Shown: positions 10,526 to 20,626, counted from the stretch's first letter. The stretch: DNA of 64,000 nt from an uncultured delta proteobacterium (GCA_963737265.1 CAVTRY010000022.1:192001-256000), one strand, 5' to 3'. Numbers and translations: made by a program. Notes: generated from the sequence alone by a model not told the origin.

Positions 10526-11498
10526 GCAAGTGCCTTCCGGTCAGGGCGACAAAGACGTCTTCGAGCGAGGCCTTGCGCGTTCCGAGGCGCGCGAGGCCGC
10601 AACCCTTGCGCTCGACCAGGGCCAGGGCCGCAGCTACTGCGTGCTCGGGCTCGGTGACGGCCAAGGACCAGACGCCCTCGGGCGACAGATGGGCTTCGCT
10701 GACCGAAGGCAGCGCGCGCAGCTCCTCGACGGCCAAACTTGCGGCAGCCACCCGTTCCAGCTCGAGCTCGACCACGTGGTTGCCAGGCAAGGCCGCAATG
10801 AGCTCGGCTGGCGTGCCAACCCGCACCAGCTTGCCATGGTCGACGATGGCCACGCGATCGCAGAGGCGTTCGGCTTCTTCCATGTAGTGGGTCGTGAGCA
10901 CCGCAGTCCCGCCGCGCGCCCGGTAGGAGGAAACCAAGCCCCACACCTGGCGTCGCGACTGCGGATCCAAGCCCGTCGTCGGCTCGTCGAGAAACAGCAC
11001 TTCGGGCTCGCCCACCATGGCGCACGCGATGGCGAGTCGCTGTCGCTGGCCACCCGACAACTTGCCCACCCACGCGCGCCGCTTTTCGTCCAACTCCACA
11101 TCGGCGAGCAGATCCGCCAGCGGCCGAGGCTTGCGATAGAAACTTCGAAACAGGGTGAGCAGCTCCTCAACCGTCAACTTCTCGGGCAGATGCGTCTCTT
11201 GCAAAGCCACGCCCACGCGCTCGCGCAGGTTGTCTTCGTCGGTGCGCCAGCCGAGGCCGAGCAGTTTCACTTCGCCAGCAGTGGGCTCCAGCAGTCCTTC
11301 AAGCATTTCCACGGTCGTGGTCTTGCCCGAGCCGTTCGGACCCAAGAGGCCAAAGCATTCGCCGCGCTGGATGGTCAGGTCGAGGCCATCCACCGCCACC
11401 ACCGACGGAGACTGCTTGCGGAAGAGGCCGAGCCTTCCATCGTAGACCTTGCGCAAGCCGTGGCACACAACCGCCGGGGCGCTTAGCTGCTGATTCAC
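10515..11498 (-). CDS. ABC transporter ATP-binding protein
   Basis: GPNGSGKTT, LSGGQRQR, FLDEPTTGLD, TTHYM. Confidence 0.95.
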   Translation of the reverse strand: MNQQLSAPAVVCHGLRKVYDGRLGLFRKQSPSVVAVDGLDLTIQRGECFGLLGPNGSGKTTTVEMLEGLLEPTAGEVKLLGLGWRTDEDNLRERVGVALQETHLPEKLTVEELLTLFRSFYRKPRPLADLLADVELDEKRRAWVGKLSGGQRQRLAIACAMVGEPEVLFLDEPTTGLDPQSRRQVWGLVSSYRARGGTAVLTTHYMEEAERLCDRVAIVDHGKLVRVGTPAELIAALPGNHVVELELERVAAASLAVEELRALPSVSEAHLSPEGVWSLAVTEPEHAVAAALALVERKGCGLARLGTRKASLEDVFVALTGRHLRDS

Positions 11499-11706
11499 GT
11501 GCGATTTCTATAACGTGCCGCAACCGATCGCGCCACCCTCGAATGGCCGATCGCCAAGCGGAATGCGGGGGTGACCGTCGTATTGTTTCTATATCGTAAC
11601 TTAAAAGCGAACATACGGTTACTTCCGAGTGACATAAAGGAAAAGTCTATTGTCTTTATAAAACATGGACTTTTCTCGGATTTTTCGTACAGGCAACGTA
11701 GCAGAC

Positions 11707-13011
11707 ATGATCAATTCCGGTGACACCGCGTGGATCCTGGTTTCGTCTGCCCTGGTGCTGCTCATGCTCCCGGGCCTGGCCCTCTTCTACGGAGGTTTGG
11801 TTCGCACCAAGAACGTGCTGTCAACCTTCATGCACAGCTTCGTGGCGCTGGGCCTAGTGACGCTTCAATGGGTAGCGGTCGGGTACTCGCTTTCCTACGG
11901 TACCGATCACGGCGGCATCATCGGCGGCCTTTCCTACGCCTTCATGCGCGGCGTGGATCTGGCCCCGCGGCAGGGCGACAGCATTCCGCACCTGCTGTTC
12001 TTCGCCTATCAGATGATGTTCGCCATCATCACGCCGGCGCTCATCTCGGGTGCATTTGCCGAGCGCCTGAAGTTTTCCGCGTTTGTCCTTTTCACCCTGA
12101 TGTGGTCGACGCTGGTCTACGACCCGATCGCGCATTGGGTTTGGGGTAACGGCGGTTGGATGGCGACCATGGGCGTTCTCGACTTCGCCGGCGGCGTCGT
12201 CGTCCACGTCAGCTCGGGCGTGTCGGCCTTGGTGGTCGCGCTGGTCGTGGGCAAGCGCCTCGGCTTTCCCCGCGAGCGCAGCCTTCCACACAATCTGACT
12301 ATGGTGCTGCTCGGCGCTGGCATCCTGTGGTTCGGCTGGTTCGGTTTCAACGGCGGCAGCGCGCTCGGCGCCTCGGGCATCGCCGTCCTGGCGCTCGTCA
12401 ATTCGCAGCTGGCAGCCGCGGCCGGAGGCATGACCTGGCTCATCATCGACGTCATCCGCTACGGCAAGGCTTCGGCGCTTGGCTTCGCCTCCGGCCTCGT
12501 CGCGGGTCTGGCCACGGTCACACCTGCATCGGGCTACGTCGGTCCCATGGGCGCCATCGCTATCGGCATCGCGGCGGGCCTGGCCTGTTACGGCGCGGTC
12601 ATGCTGAAGGGCAAGCTCAACTACGACGACACCCTAGATGCTTTCGGCGTGCACGGCGTGGGCGGCGCGGTGGGCACACTTCTCCTCGGCGTGTTCGCGG
12701 CCAAGGCCTGGAACCCGGCCGGCGCCGATGGCCTGCTGGCCGGCAACAGCGCTTTCCTTGGCAAGCAGGCGGTGGCGGTGGTGGTCGCCATTGCCTACTC
12801 CGTCGCGGGGACCCTGCTGATTTTGAAGGTCGTCGATGCCCTGGTCGGACTTCGCGTCACGGCCGACGAAGAACGCGAGGGCCTCGACATCAACCTGCAC
12901 GGAGAAGAAGGCTACTCCATCGGAAGCTCGACCTATGGCCATTCTGACCTGGCCAGTGCGGCCGTCAGCGCCGAACCCGCGGCCAGGCCGAGCCCCGCCG
13001 TCGTGTCTTGA
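11707..13011 (+). CDS. amtB: Ammonium transporter
   Basis: GDTAWIL, LALFYGG, DFAGG.VVH, WFGWFGFNGGS, DDTLDAFGVHG. Confidence 0.96.
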   Translation: MINSGDTAWILVSSALVLLMLPGLALFYGGLVRTKNVLSTFMHSFVALGLVTLQWVAVGYSLSYGTDHGGIIGGLSYAFMRGVDLAPRQGDSIPHLLFFAYQMMFAIITPALISGAFAERLKFSAFVLFTLMWSTLVYDPIAHWVWGNGGWMATMGVLDFAGGVVVHVSSGVSALVVALVVGKRLGFPRERSLPHNLTMVLLGAGILWFGWFGFNGGSALGASGIAVLALVNSQLAAAAGGMTWLIIDVIRYGKASALGFASGLVAGLATVTPASGYVGPMGAIAIGIAAGLACYGAVMLKGKLNYDDTLDAFGVHGVGGAVGTLLLGVFAAKAWNPAGADGLLAGNSAFLGKQAVAVVVAIAYSVAGTLLILKVVDALVGLRVTADEEREGLDINLHGEEGYSIGSSTYGHSDLASAAVSAEPAARPSPAVVS

Positions 13012-13018
13012 TGGCGAG

Positions 13019-14266
13019 CTAGTAGTCGTCGAGTGGAAGCGTAAACGCTGCCTCGGCCTCGGGAAGGCTCATTATTTGACTCAGGTAAGGCGAATAGGTC
13101 GACACGCGAATCTCCTTCTTGCCTGAGTCGAATTCCAGAATACGCAGATAGCCGAGGCCACAGGGGAGCCCATCTTTCGGGATCACTTGGTAGTCGGCCA
13201 TCATCTGATGGATGTGCGTTCCATCCGGTCGCACATCCGTCACCCGGCCCACGGCACCCAAGGTCAAATCGCCGAGCACGTGGCCGGAGAAGACGAGGCG
13301 GACGTTGGGATTGGGCACGATGAGCTTCTGATAGATCTCTTCACCGTCGTTAACGTCGGCTACTGGAACGTTGTTCCCAGCGGCATAGGTTTCGGCATAC
13401 CAATGCGGATCCCAATACTGGTTGATTTTGATGTTGGGGTCCGCCCAGTTGTAGCGAGCATCGCCGTCGAGAAAGGCGTGGGTCACGATAATAGCGGGAT
13501 AGGCGGCATAGGCCTTCAGGATGCCGTCTGCCCAGGTCAGCGCCCTGCTGCGCGGGCCCCATTCGAGACCGATTACCAGGTACTTGCGCGGACCGATATC
13601 GAGGAACGCATAGTTGTTTTCAATCTTGCCAGTCTCAAAGGTGCCGGCGATCCACGGCATGGTCTGCGGTGCGAAGTAGTTGTTGATGATGGTTCCGCGC
13701 ACGTTGAGGTCGCCATAGACGTCGTGGTTGCCGGGTACCAGAATGTAGGGAACGACGCCGTCCAGGGTGCGCATGGCAGCCTTGGCGTTCTTCCACTGGT
13801 CGACGCTGTCGTAGGTATCGACGATGTCGCCCACGTGGAGCACCGCCTGAATGTTGCGTGTCTGGGCCTGCGCAGCGATCCAGGCCGTCTGCGCGGTGTA
13901 GATGTCGGGAAACCAAGCAGCATAGTATTGCGTGTCGGGCAGGACGATCACGGTCGACGGCCGACTGCCAACACTCTCGCCGCCATCCATGGCTGGACCT
14001 GCATCCAGACCCTCGCTCGGCCCCGTATCCAGTCCGAAGCCAGAGCCATCCCAAGCTTCGCTCAACGTGGCATCACCTGAAGCGTCGTCGCCAACGTCGG
14101 TGACCAGTTGAGCCTCTGGCTGTTGTTCCTGAGGCTCGGCGTCAAGCTGATCCCCCGCATCGAACACCACCCAGCTCTTCCCAGTGTCGGATCCGCAGCC
14201 GAGAAGCCCGACCACCACGACGGCAGCGAGAACTGACGTCGCTAATCTAGAATGAAGCCTATGCAT
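13019..14266 (-). CDS. Calcineurin-like metallophosphoesterase lipoprotein
   Basis: Lipobox LLGC; PDTQYY, HVGDIVD, PGNHD, VTH, SGH. Confidence 0.85.
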   Translation of the reverse strand: MHRLHSRLATSVLAAVVVVGLLGCGSDTGKSWVVFDAGDQLDAEPQEQQPEAQLVTDVGDDASGDATLSEAWDGSGFGLDTGPSEGLDAGPAMDGGESVGSRPSTVIVLPDTQYYAAWFPDIYTAQTAWIAAQAQTRNIQAVLHVGDIVDTYDSVDQWKNAKAAMRTLDGVVPYILVPGNHDVYGDLNVRGTIINNYFAPQTMPWIAGTFETGKIENNYAFLDIGPRKYLVIGLEWGPRSRALTWADGILKAYAAYPAIIVTHAFLDGDARYNWADPNIKINQYWDPHWYAETYAAGNNVPVADVNDGEEIYQKLIVPNPNVRLVFSGHVLGDLTLGAVGRVTDVRPDGTHIHQMMADYQVIPKDGLPCGLGYLRILEFDSGKKEIRVSTYSPYLSQIMSLPEAEAAFTLPLDDY

Positions 14267-14332
14267 CCACAACCAGTATGCATGGGACTCCGCTGCTGAC
14301 AACCCGAGGCGCTGCGATCACACGCCGAAGAA

Positions 14333-15076
14333 CTACAAATCAAACGACTGGGTTCCTAGATCGATGTCCGTGTTGCTCGGAACGGCAACCGTTGCTCCCG
14401 GAAGGTTGACGATGGCCTGACCCGAGGCGTCGACGAGAAGGAGCTGCCACACGACGCTCGTGGCGCCAGAAGGGATTGGAAAACTCGTGCCAGCGGAGAC
14501 GGTGGTGCAATCAAAACGACTCGTGATCGGCGTGGAGCTGCCGCCAACCGTGAATTCAAGGTCGACATATTGCGCCCCCATCGCGGCACAGGTCGTGGAT
14601 ACCCCTTGAGAATAGACTGCCCAGTCGACCAGGAGTGACCTCACGAAGAAGGGAGGGGTCGCGTTTCTGAAGTCGTTGGTGCCCGCGTACAGCTGATAGG
14701 TGGACGAGCCGTCGAAACTATCCAGCAGCGTCGTGGCGTTGCCGTAGGTCTTCGGATCGCCGTCGAGATCAAGCCGCACCGCGTAGTTGCCCGCGGGAAC
14801 AGAAGGCGTCGACACCTGCCTCAGCGAGCAGCTGAACGGGTTCTGATAAACGTCGCCGGTCGCCTGGTTCGTCAAGGTCAGAACGACTTGCGACGCGCCC
14901 ACCTCGGGACACGTCAGGGGGCTCTTCTGGGCGGTATCCTCGATATCGCAGATGCTCCACTGAAAGCTGGCGGAGGCGCCGCTCGATGAGCTTCCGCATC
15001 CAGCCAGCGCGAGCGCTGCAGCAGTGGTGGCCAGAAAGCCGGCGAAGTGACTGTGACGGGTACCGGTGGCGAGCAT
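14333..15076 (-). CDS. Hypothetical lipoprotein (two Cys-containing beta-rich repeats)
   Basis: Lipobox LAGC; repeated W..TC..GA..V.L..F.C pattern. Confidence 0.7.
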   Translation of the reverse strand: MLATGTRHSHFAGFLATTAAALALAGCGSSSSGASASFQWSICDIEDTAQKSPLTCPEVGASQVVLTLTNQATGDVYQNPFSCSLRQVSTPSVPAGNYAVRLDLDGDPKTYGNATTLLDSFDGSSTYQLYAGTNDFRNATPPFFVRSLLVDWAVYSQGVSTTCAAMGAQYVDLEFTVGGSSTPITSRFDCTTVSAGTSFPIPSGATSVVWQLLLVDASGQAIVNLPGATVAVPSNTDIDLGTQSFDL

Positions 15077-15133
15077 AAGGACTTCCTCGGACTTGTCTAT
15101 CGTACAGATAGACGCTCGTCGCGTCGAACTGAT

Positions 15134-15946
15134 TCACTGGCTTTCGCTGCTAGACCAGACCCGCGCGGTCCACGTCAAGCCGAGCCGTACCTCCCAGACC
15201 TGCGCGCCGGCGGCACGCGCCGCGCGCCCCGCCAGGTCGAAGACGAAGTCCCGGCTGTGCACCCACAGGATGCCGAGCAATGCCGAGTATTCGCTGCTGC
15301 CGCTTACCACGCGATCGACGAAAAACTCCGCCACCGGGCGCGCGACGATCCTCTTGTTGCCCTCGACGATCACGCCGCTGAAAAGCTCCAGCCGGTGGTC
15401 GCGATTGCCGGCGATCGACTCGTTGAAGTGAACGGCGGCCCGATCGCTGGCGAGCGAGACGATGGTGTTGGCCTGGGAACCAAAACCCGTGCTCGCGCCA
15501 GATTCGGGCAAAAGCACGCCCGCCTCGATAGCGACGCTTGGGCCGAAGCCGCCTTGCAGGCACCCCCGTCGCAAGAGAACCTTCGCGAGCACATCGGTGT
15601 CGCGCAGGCGGACGCGATGACCGCCCACCTCGGGCTCGCGCAGAGCAATGAAATTCTTGAAGTCGGCGACCAGCTCCAGACGCTGGACGAGGCCAAGGTT
15701 GAGCACCGTCGCCGGCACGATCAGAAAGTTTGAGTTGTCCTCGCGCAAGTAGTGCAGCGGCCCCAGCTCCAGCTCGAATTCACCTACATCCGCGACGTCG
15801 GCGTCGGTTCCGTCGAAAGGGCGGTACGCGTGTGCCGCACTCGGAAAGCCGGCGAGAATCGCGCCGAGGGCGAAAAGCATCGCCCAGCCCAAAGCCCGTG
15901 CGCGACGGTGTCTCGGAAGGATGGAACCGGGTGCGCGCGCGCCCAT
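15134..15946 (-). CDS. Putative outer-membrane beta-barrel protein
   Basis: Signal peptide ending AHA, then YRPFDGTDADVA..EFELELG; amphipathic strands; C-terminal VRLGLTW; ATG overlaps the upstream TGA. Confidence 0.65.
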   Translation of the reverse strand: MGARAPGSILPRHRRARALGWAMLFALGAILAGFPSAAHAYRPFDGTDADVADVGEFELELGPLHYLREDNSNFLIVPATVLNLGLVQRLELVADFKNFIALREPEVGGHRVRLRDTDVLAKVLLRRGCLQGGFGPSVAIEAGVLLPESGASTGFGSQANTIVSLASDRAAVHFNESIAGNRDHRLELFSGVIVEGNKRIVARPVAEFFVDRVVSGSSEYSALLGILWVHSRDFVFDLAGRAARAAGAQVWEVRLGLTWTARVWSSSESQ

Positions 15947-16953
15947 CAGCGCGCCGGCGAGAGCAACAGCACGCCACCGTGGCTCGGGTCGCCCACCACC
16001 GCCGCGCCATCCGCAGCTACCACGACGCAGCGGCCGCCCGCCGCCGTCGCGGCGGAGCCAAGCACGGTGAGCACGCCGCTGTCGCTGACATGAGCGACGG
16101 TCAGCCTCGCCGCCTTTCCCGCGGCGACGTAGAGGCTGTGCCGAGTGTCGAGGTAGTCGATGTTGTCGACCCCCGCGCCGGTTTCCAGCTTCGACAGAAT
16201 CGCCCCGTCGTGGGCCGCGTCCAAAACCTCGACGTGATCCGTGCACGCCACGAAGAGGAATTGTTTGACGGGATCGTAGGCCAGACCACGCGGGCCGTCT
16301 TGGCCACAGCGGGCCTCCCAGGTTTTCATCACTCGGTGCGACCGAACGTCGATGACCAGGGTCTTGTCCTTATCTTCGAGGTTGGTGAAAAACAACCCGC
16401 GGCCCTCGTCCACAGCGTAGCCTTCGGGCTCGCCAGGAAGGGCGATGCGCGACTTCTGCGTCGGCCGGCGGGCGTTGCTGGCATCCACGACGGTGATGGA
16501 CTGGTCGCGCGGCGTGGTGACCCAGACCTCCTTGGTCGCGGCCACGTACTGCACACCGTCGGTCGGCACCGTCAGGGCGACGCAGGCGAGCTTGGCCAGC
16601 TTGCGCGCGTCGATGGCACAAATTTCCGAGTTGGCGCGATTGCCGACGTAGGCGATGCCGTCACCCAAGCTCACCGCACTCGGGCCGAGAGACCGCGACT
16701 TCCCCCGTATCTCGCGCGTCGCCGTTGCGAAGCCCTCCATGCGGGTCACCTTCTTCGTTGCGACGTCGAGAACGTCCACGCTTCCGGTATCTCCGGCCGG
16801 GATCCACACGCGGCCGCTCGACCGATCGACGGCGAAATAGTCGAGGGCGACGGTCCCATTTGCCCCAGGTAGGGAAATTGCGGCGCTGGACAAATGCAAC
16901 GTGGGCGGAGCCTCCGCGGCCAGTAAGATCTGCAAAAGCAACACCGTCGTCAT
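15946..16953 (-). CDS. YncE-like beta-propeller protein
   Basis: DYFAVD, repeated VLDVAT/AIDA/VVDA/VID blades; GPRGLAYD. Confidence 0.75.
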   Translation of the reverse strand: MTTVLLLQILLAAEAPPTLHLSSAAISLPGANGTVALDYFAVDRSSGRVWIPAGDTGSVDVLDVATKKVTRMEGFATATREIRGKSRSLGPSAVSLGDGIAYVGNRANSEICAIDARKLAKLACVALTVPTDGVQYVAATKEVWVTTPRDQSITVVDASNARRPTQKSRIALPGEPEGYAVDEGRGLFFTNLEDKDKTLVIDVRSHRVMKTWEARCGQDGPRGLAYDPVKQFLFVACTDHVEVLDAAHDGAILSKLETGAGVDNIDYLDTRHSLYVAAGKAARLTVAHVSDSGVLTVLGSAATAAGGRCVVVAADGAAVVGDPSHGGVLLLSPAR

Positions 16954-17052
16954 CGCCGAAGGTTCTACGAACCTCGCGAGCGAGATGCAATGGGGGCGTC
17001 GGGTGCGAAGGAAGATGCGACGGAAAACCGCCGCTGAGGTAATCTTCGTCCC

Positions 17053-17592
17053 ATGCGGCAGCCCATTCCGCTTCGACGCCGGCCCCTCGATATCGGCCTG
17101 TTGGGATTCTTCGTTTTCAATTTGTTTTTCGTGAGCTACGTCATCAGTCTTGAACAGATTGTGATCGCCAATCCGGCGTCCTTCGTTCCGCCCCCCTGGC
17201 CACCGCGGGCCGCGATCGCACTCATTCACTGGTGGGAGAAAAGCTACGATCCGCTGCTGTGGGCGCGCCCGGCTTGGTACCGCGCGACCATTTGGATCGA
17301 CGTTTTGCTCTTTGGCCCGTTCTACGCCGCCGCGATCGTTGCCTACGGTCGCGGTCGCGATTGGATCCGCTTGCCCAGTATCCTGTGGGCTGGGCTCATG
17401 TTCGCCAACGTGACCATCATTGTTTTCGACGAGCTGCTGGGCGTGCACGCGTCGCCGCACCCGTGGGTGGCCGTGGGCGCAAATGCGTCGTGGTTCCTGG
17501 TGCCCATCATCGTGGTGTGGCGCATGGCGGGTCGCGCGCACCCATTCACTGAAGATCTTCCGCCAGCAGCGATTGCCAGGGGTGCAGTGTGA
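17053..17592 (+). CDS. EXPERA-domain (EBP/TMEM97-like) membrane protein
   Basis: Four TM segments; WW..YDPL..P.W....WID...GPF; ANASWFLVP. Confidence 0.75.
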   Translation: MRQPIPLRRRPLDIGLLGFFVFNLFFVSYVISLEQIVIANPASFVPPPWPPRAAIALIHWWEKSYDPLLWARPAWYRATIWIDVLLFGPFYAAAIVAYGRGRDWIRLPSILWAGLMFANVTIIVFDELLGVHASPHPWVAVGANASWFLVPIIVVWRMAGRAHPFTEDLPPAAIARGAV

Positions 17593-18374
17593 CCTTTCGC
17601 GAACGATACGGCCCTTGGGGGCTCGTCGCCGGTGCCTCGGTTGGGCTCGGCGAAGCGTTCGCGCGCCAGCTTGCTGGCCGCGGCGTGAATCTGCTGCTGG
17701 TGGCGCGGCGCCAGGATGCCCTCGACCATCTGGCGGTCGGTCTGCGTGCCACGCACGGAATCGACGTGCGCACCCTAGCCGCGGACTTGGCGCGGCCGGA
17801 TCTCAAGACCGTGGTGCAAGACTTCGTCGCGGGTCTCGACATTGGCATGCTGGTCTACAACGCTGCGCACTCGGTCATCGGCCCATTTCTCGATCATTCT
17901 ATCGAAGATCACCTGCGCGTTGTGGACGTCAATTGTCGGGGGCCACTGCTACTTTCCCATCTACTCGGTAGCGCCATGGCCCGGCGCGGGCGCGGCGGCA
18001 TCGTGCTCATGACCTCCACGGCGGGTTCGCAAGGCGGGCCATGGATCTCCTCGTACGCGGCGTCGAAGGCGTTCAACCTGATTTTGGCCGAGGCATTGTG
18101 GGACGAGCTGGCCACGAGCGGGGTTCACGTGGTCGCCTGTCGCGCGGGTGCGACGCGCACGCCCGGCTACCAAGCATCGAAGCCACGCCCGAGCCGCGTT
18201 CCACTCCTAGAACCGAGCTTCGTCGCGGACAAAGCACTCGCGGCCCTTGGCTGCGGGCCGAGCGTCGTTCCGGGGTTCTTCTATCGCTGGTCGGCCTTCG
18301 TCATGCAAAGGCTGCTGCCCCGCCGAACAACAATTCGAGTCATGGGCAGAGCGACACGCAAACTCTATGGCTAG
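17589..18374 (+). CDS. SDR oxidoreductase (17beta-HSD/KCR-like clade)
   Basis: YGPWGLVAGASVGLGEAFARQLA, YNAA, YAASK; GTGA overlap with the upstream gene. Confidence 0.9.
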   Translation: MTFRERYGPWGLVAGASVGLGEAFARQLAGRGVNLLLVARRQDALDHLAVGLRATHGIDVRTLAADLARPDLKTVVQDFVAGLDIGMLVYNAAHSVIGPFLDHSIEDHLRVVDVNCRGPLLLSHLLGSAMARRGRGGIVLMTSTAGSQGGPWISSYAASKAFNLILAEALWDELATSGVHVVACRAGATRTPGYQASKPRPSRVPLLEPSFVADKALAALGCGPSVVPGFFYRWSAFVMQRLLPRRTTIRVMGRATRKLYG

Positions 18375-18383
18375 TCGTTGTCC

Positions 18384-19262
18384 ATGCTAGCCATGAAATC
18401 CAAGCGCGGCGGGCAGGTGTTCGTCGTTGTCGCGTATGTTGCGGCGTTATTGGCGGCGCTTGCGGTCGGCCGCGCAATTTCCGGCAAACACCCCATTCTG
18501 ATCGCAGCCGCTGGCGATTTCGTCGCCACGGTCGTCCTATTCTTCTTCAGCGTGCTTCTCAACAATTCCAGCGTCTACGATCCCTATTGGAGCGTGGCGC
18601 CCTTCCCCGTTACCCTGTATTGGACAGTGGCCGCGCCGCCCGGAGCGTTCGGCCTGCGCCAGGCACTGATTCTTGCCCTGGTGGCGGTCTGGGGCTGCCG
18701 CCTCACCGCCAACTGGGCGCTGCGCTGGCGCGGTCCCGCCGACGAGGACTTTCGCTACGTCGAAATCCGTGGCAAGACCGGACGCGCTTACTGGCCCGCG
18801 AGTTTCGCTGCGATTCACCTGATGCCGACGATTTGGGTGTTCTTGGGCCTCCTGCCGCTCTACCCAGCGCTTACGCAATCGGGTTTCGCAATCGGGGACA
18901 TCGCCGCCGCGTTCATTGCGGCTCTGGCTATCGCCAGCGAAACCATCGCCGACCATCAGCTACGAAAATTCCTGCGTTCGCCTCGCAAGCCCGGCGCCGT
19001 GCTCGATGCCGGCCTGTGGTCGCTGTGCCGCCACCCGAACTATTTTGGCGAGATCCTATTTTGGTGGAGCCTTTTCCTTTTCGGTGTCGCCGCCAATCCC
19101 GGCTGGCTGTGGTCGGCGGTTGGGCCGCTTGCCATCACCCTGCTCTTCGTCTTCGTCAGCGTGCCGTGGATGGACAGGCGCATGGCTTCTCGCCATGCCG
19201 CTTGGGCCGCGCATATGAAGAAAACACCGGCTCTTCTTCCTCGTCCTTGGTCATTGTCCTAG
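18384..19262 (+). CDS. DUF1295 / steroid 5-alpha-reductase-like membrane protein
   Basis: NSSVYDPYWS, WGCRL, EDFRY, ETIADHQL, GLWSLCRHPNYFGE. Confidence 0.88.
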   Translation: MLAMKSKRGGQVFVVVAYVAALLAALAVGRAISGKHPILIAAAGDFVATVVLFFFSVLLNNSSVYDPYWSVAPFPVTLYWTVAAPPGAFGLRQALILALVAVWGCRLTANWALRWRGPADEDFRYVEIRGKTGRAYWPASFAAIHLMPTIWVFLGLLPLYPALTQSGFAIGDIAAAFIAALAIASETIADHQLRKFLRSPRKPGAVLDAGLWSLCRHPNYFGEILFWWSLFLFGVAANPGWLWSAVGPLAITLLFVFVSVPWMDRRMASRHAAWAAHMKKTPALLPRPWSLS

Positions 19263-19283
19263 AGCGCCAACCCGTTCGGTGCT

Positions 19284-20048
19284 CTAGCGTCGCGTGCCCG
19301 GTGTTTCGCCAACCACGCGCACGACGGCGACGGTGAGATTGTCGACGGTGCCGATGTGGTTGGCCTCGTCGATGAGCCTGCGGCAGGCGGAGGCGGCGTC
19401 CAGGCCTTTGACCATCTCGGCGATCTCCACATCCTCGAGCACTCGATAGAGTCCGTCCGTACAGGCGATGACGACATCACCCTGGATGAGATCGATCTCG
19501 AAAAGATCGATGGGAACCAGCAACTCTCGGCCGAGGCTTCTCGTCAGCACGTCGTGCCCCGTCGTGGGGTGCTGGCCGGTCTGCGCGGCAGCCTCGGCCG
19601 CCACCGTGTGATCCTTGCTCAGTTGGTTGATGAAGCCGTCGCGGACGAGGTACACGCGGCTGTTGCCCACGTGGGCGGCCGTCATTTGACCGTCCGACAC
19701 GGCCACCGCGGTCAAGGTTGTGCTCATGCCGCGCAACTGGGGCACCACCACGGCCATATCGTAGACTTCATAATTGGCCGCCCGCGAGGCCCGCACCAGA
19801 CGCTGCACTTGCGATAGTCCGGGCGCCAGCTCGCGAAAGGAGCGTTGCAGGCCCAAGATGGCCCGCTGGCTGGCCAAGTCGCCGCCCTCGAACGCCGCCC
19901 GGCCGTCGGCCACCGCGACCAGCCCGCTCGTCCGACTCTTGACGTACTTGCCACAATGATCCTCGTTGTGGCCACGCTCGGTTCCACTGTCGCTCACCGC
20001 CGCAATCTCGATCTCGAAGGGCTCCGGGTCTCGGCCGCCAGTATTCAT
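19284..20048 (-). CDS. PP2C-family Ser/Thr protein phosphatase
   Basis: RGHNED, VADG, TTLT, HVGNSRVY, DHT, CTDGL, DNLT. Confidence 0.85.
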   Translation of the reverse strand: MNTGGRDPEPFEIEIAAVSDSGTERGHNEDHCGKYVKSRTSGLVAVADGRAAFEGGDLASQRAILGLQRSFRELAPGLSQVQRLVRASRAANYEVYDMAVVVPQLRGMSTTLTAVAVSDGQMTAAHVGNSRVYLVRDGFINQLSKDHTVAAEAAAQTGQHPTTGHDVLTRSLGRELLVPIDLFEIDLIQGDVVIACTDGLYRVLEDVEIAEMVKGLDAASACRRLIDEANHIGTVDNLTVAVVRVVGETPGTRR

Positions 20049-20249
20049 CGCCTCACGCTGTGAAGTCTGCGCGTGCTTCTTCCGGTCAGCAACATCGAGG
20101 TCGCGGACCGCCCGGCCGCGGCGACATATTTTGCGCCGCATTCGTGCCCGCGATACAGCGGCGATACTTGGCGCTAACTCCCGGGTTTCGTCACCACTCT
20201 CGGCAGCCGACCGGGCGCGATTGCGTTACTATCCTTGAAGGATCATGAC

Positions 20250-20624
20250 ATGCAGACGTTAGGGATTGTTTTCATCGTGATGGGCGCCATGGGTCTGACC
20301 ATCACCGCCTTATCCAGGTTCCTGATGGAGGTGCGTTGGCCGGCGGCGGAAAAGGTGGGTGGGCTGTCGCTCGGGTTGGCCATCGTTGGCGGAATCTTGT
20401 GGATCGCCTCGTCTTCCCCAGCGGAACTCGCTCCCGCCAGTCGAGCCGCGCCCGATCGCATCCAGCAAGCGCCGAGACTAAACCAGGAGGCGCCGAGCGC
20501 CGTTCGGCCGCCACCGGCCCCACCCATGCCGCCACCACCACCCCCGCCACCGCCTCCTCCTCCGCTGCCACCCCCGCCGCCACCGCCTCCTCCGCCACCA
20601 CCTCCTCCGCCCCCGCCGCGCTAA
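20250..20624 (+). CDS. Small membrane protein with poly-proline tail
   Basis: Two hydrophobic helices followed by more than 30 Pro; AAGGA upstream. Confidence 0.55.
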   Translation: MQTLGIVFIVMGAMGLTITALSRFLMEVRWPAAEKVGGLSLGLAIVGGILWIASSSPAELAPASRAAPDRIQQAPRLNQEAPSAVRPPPAPPMPPPPPPPPPPPPLPPPPPPPPPPPPPPPPPR

Positions 20625-20626
20625 AT

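Noticed and set aside
19284-20048. PP2C as a pseudo-phosphatase (GNSR, ADGRAA variants)
   Set aside because: The core metal-binding Asp residues (NED, ADG, TDG, DN) are retained, so there is too little evidence of inactivity.
20509-20620. C-rich triplet tract
   Set aside because: Explained as poly-proline coding sequence; exact length may be unreliable.
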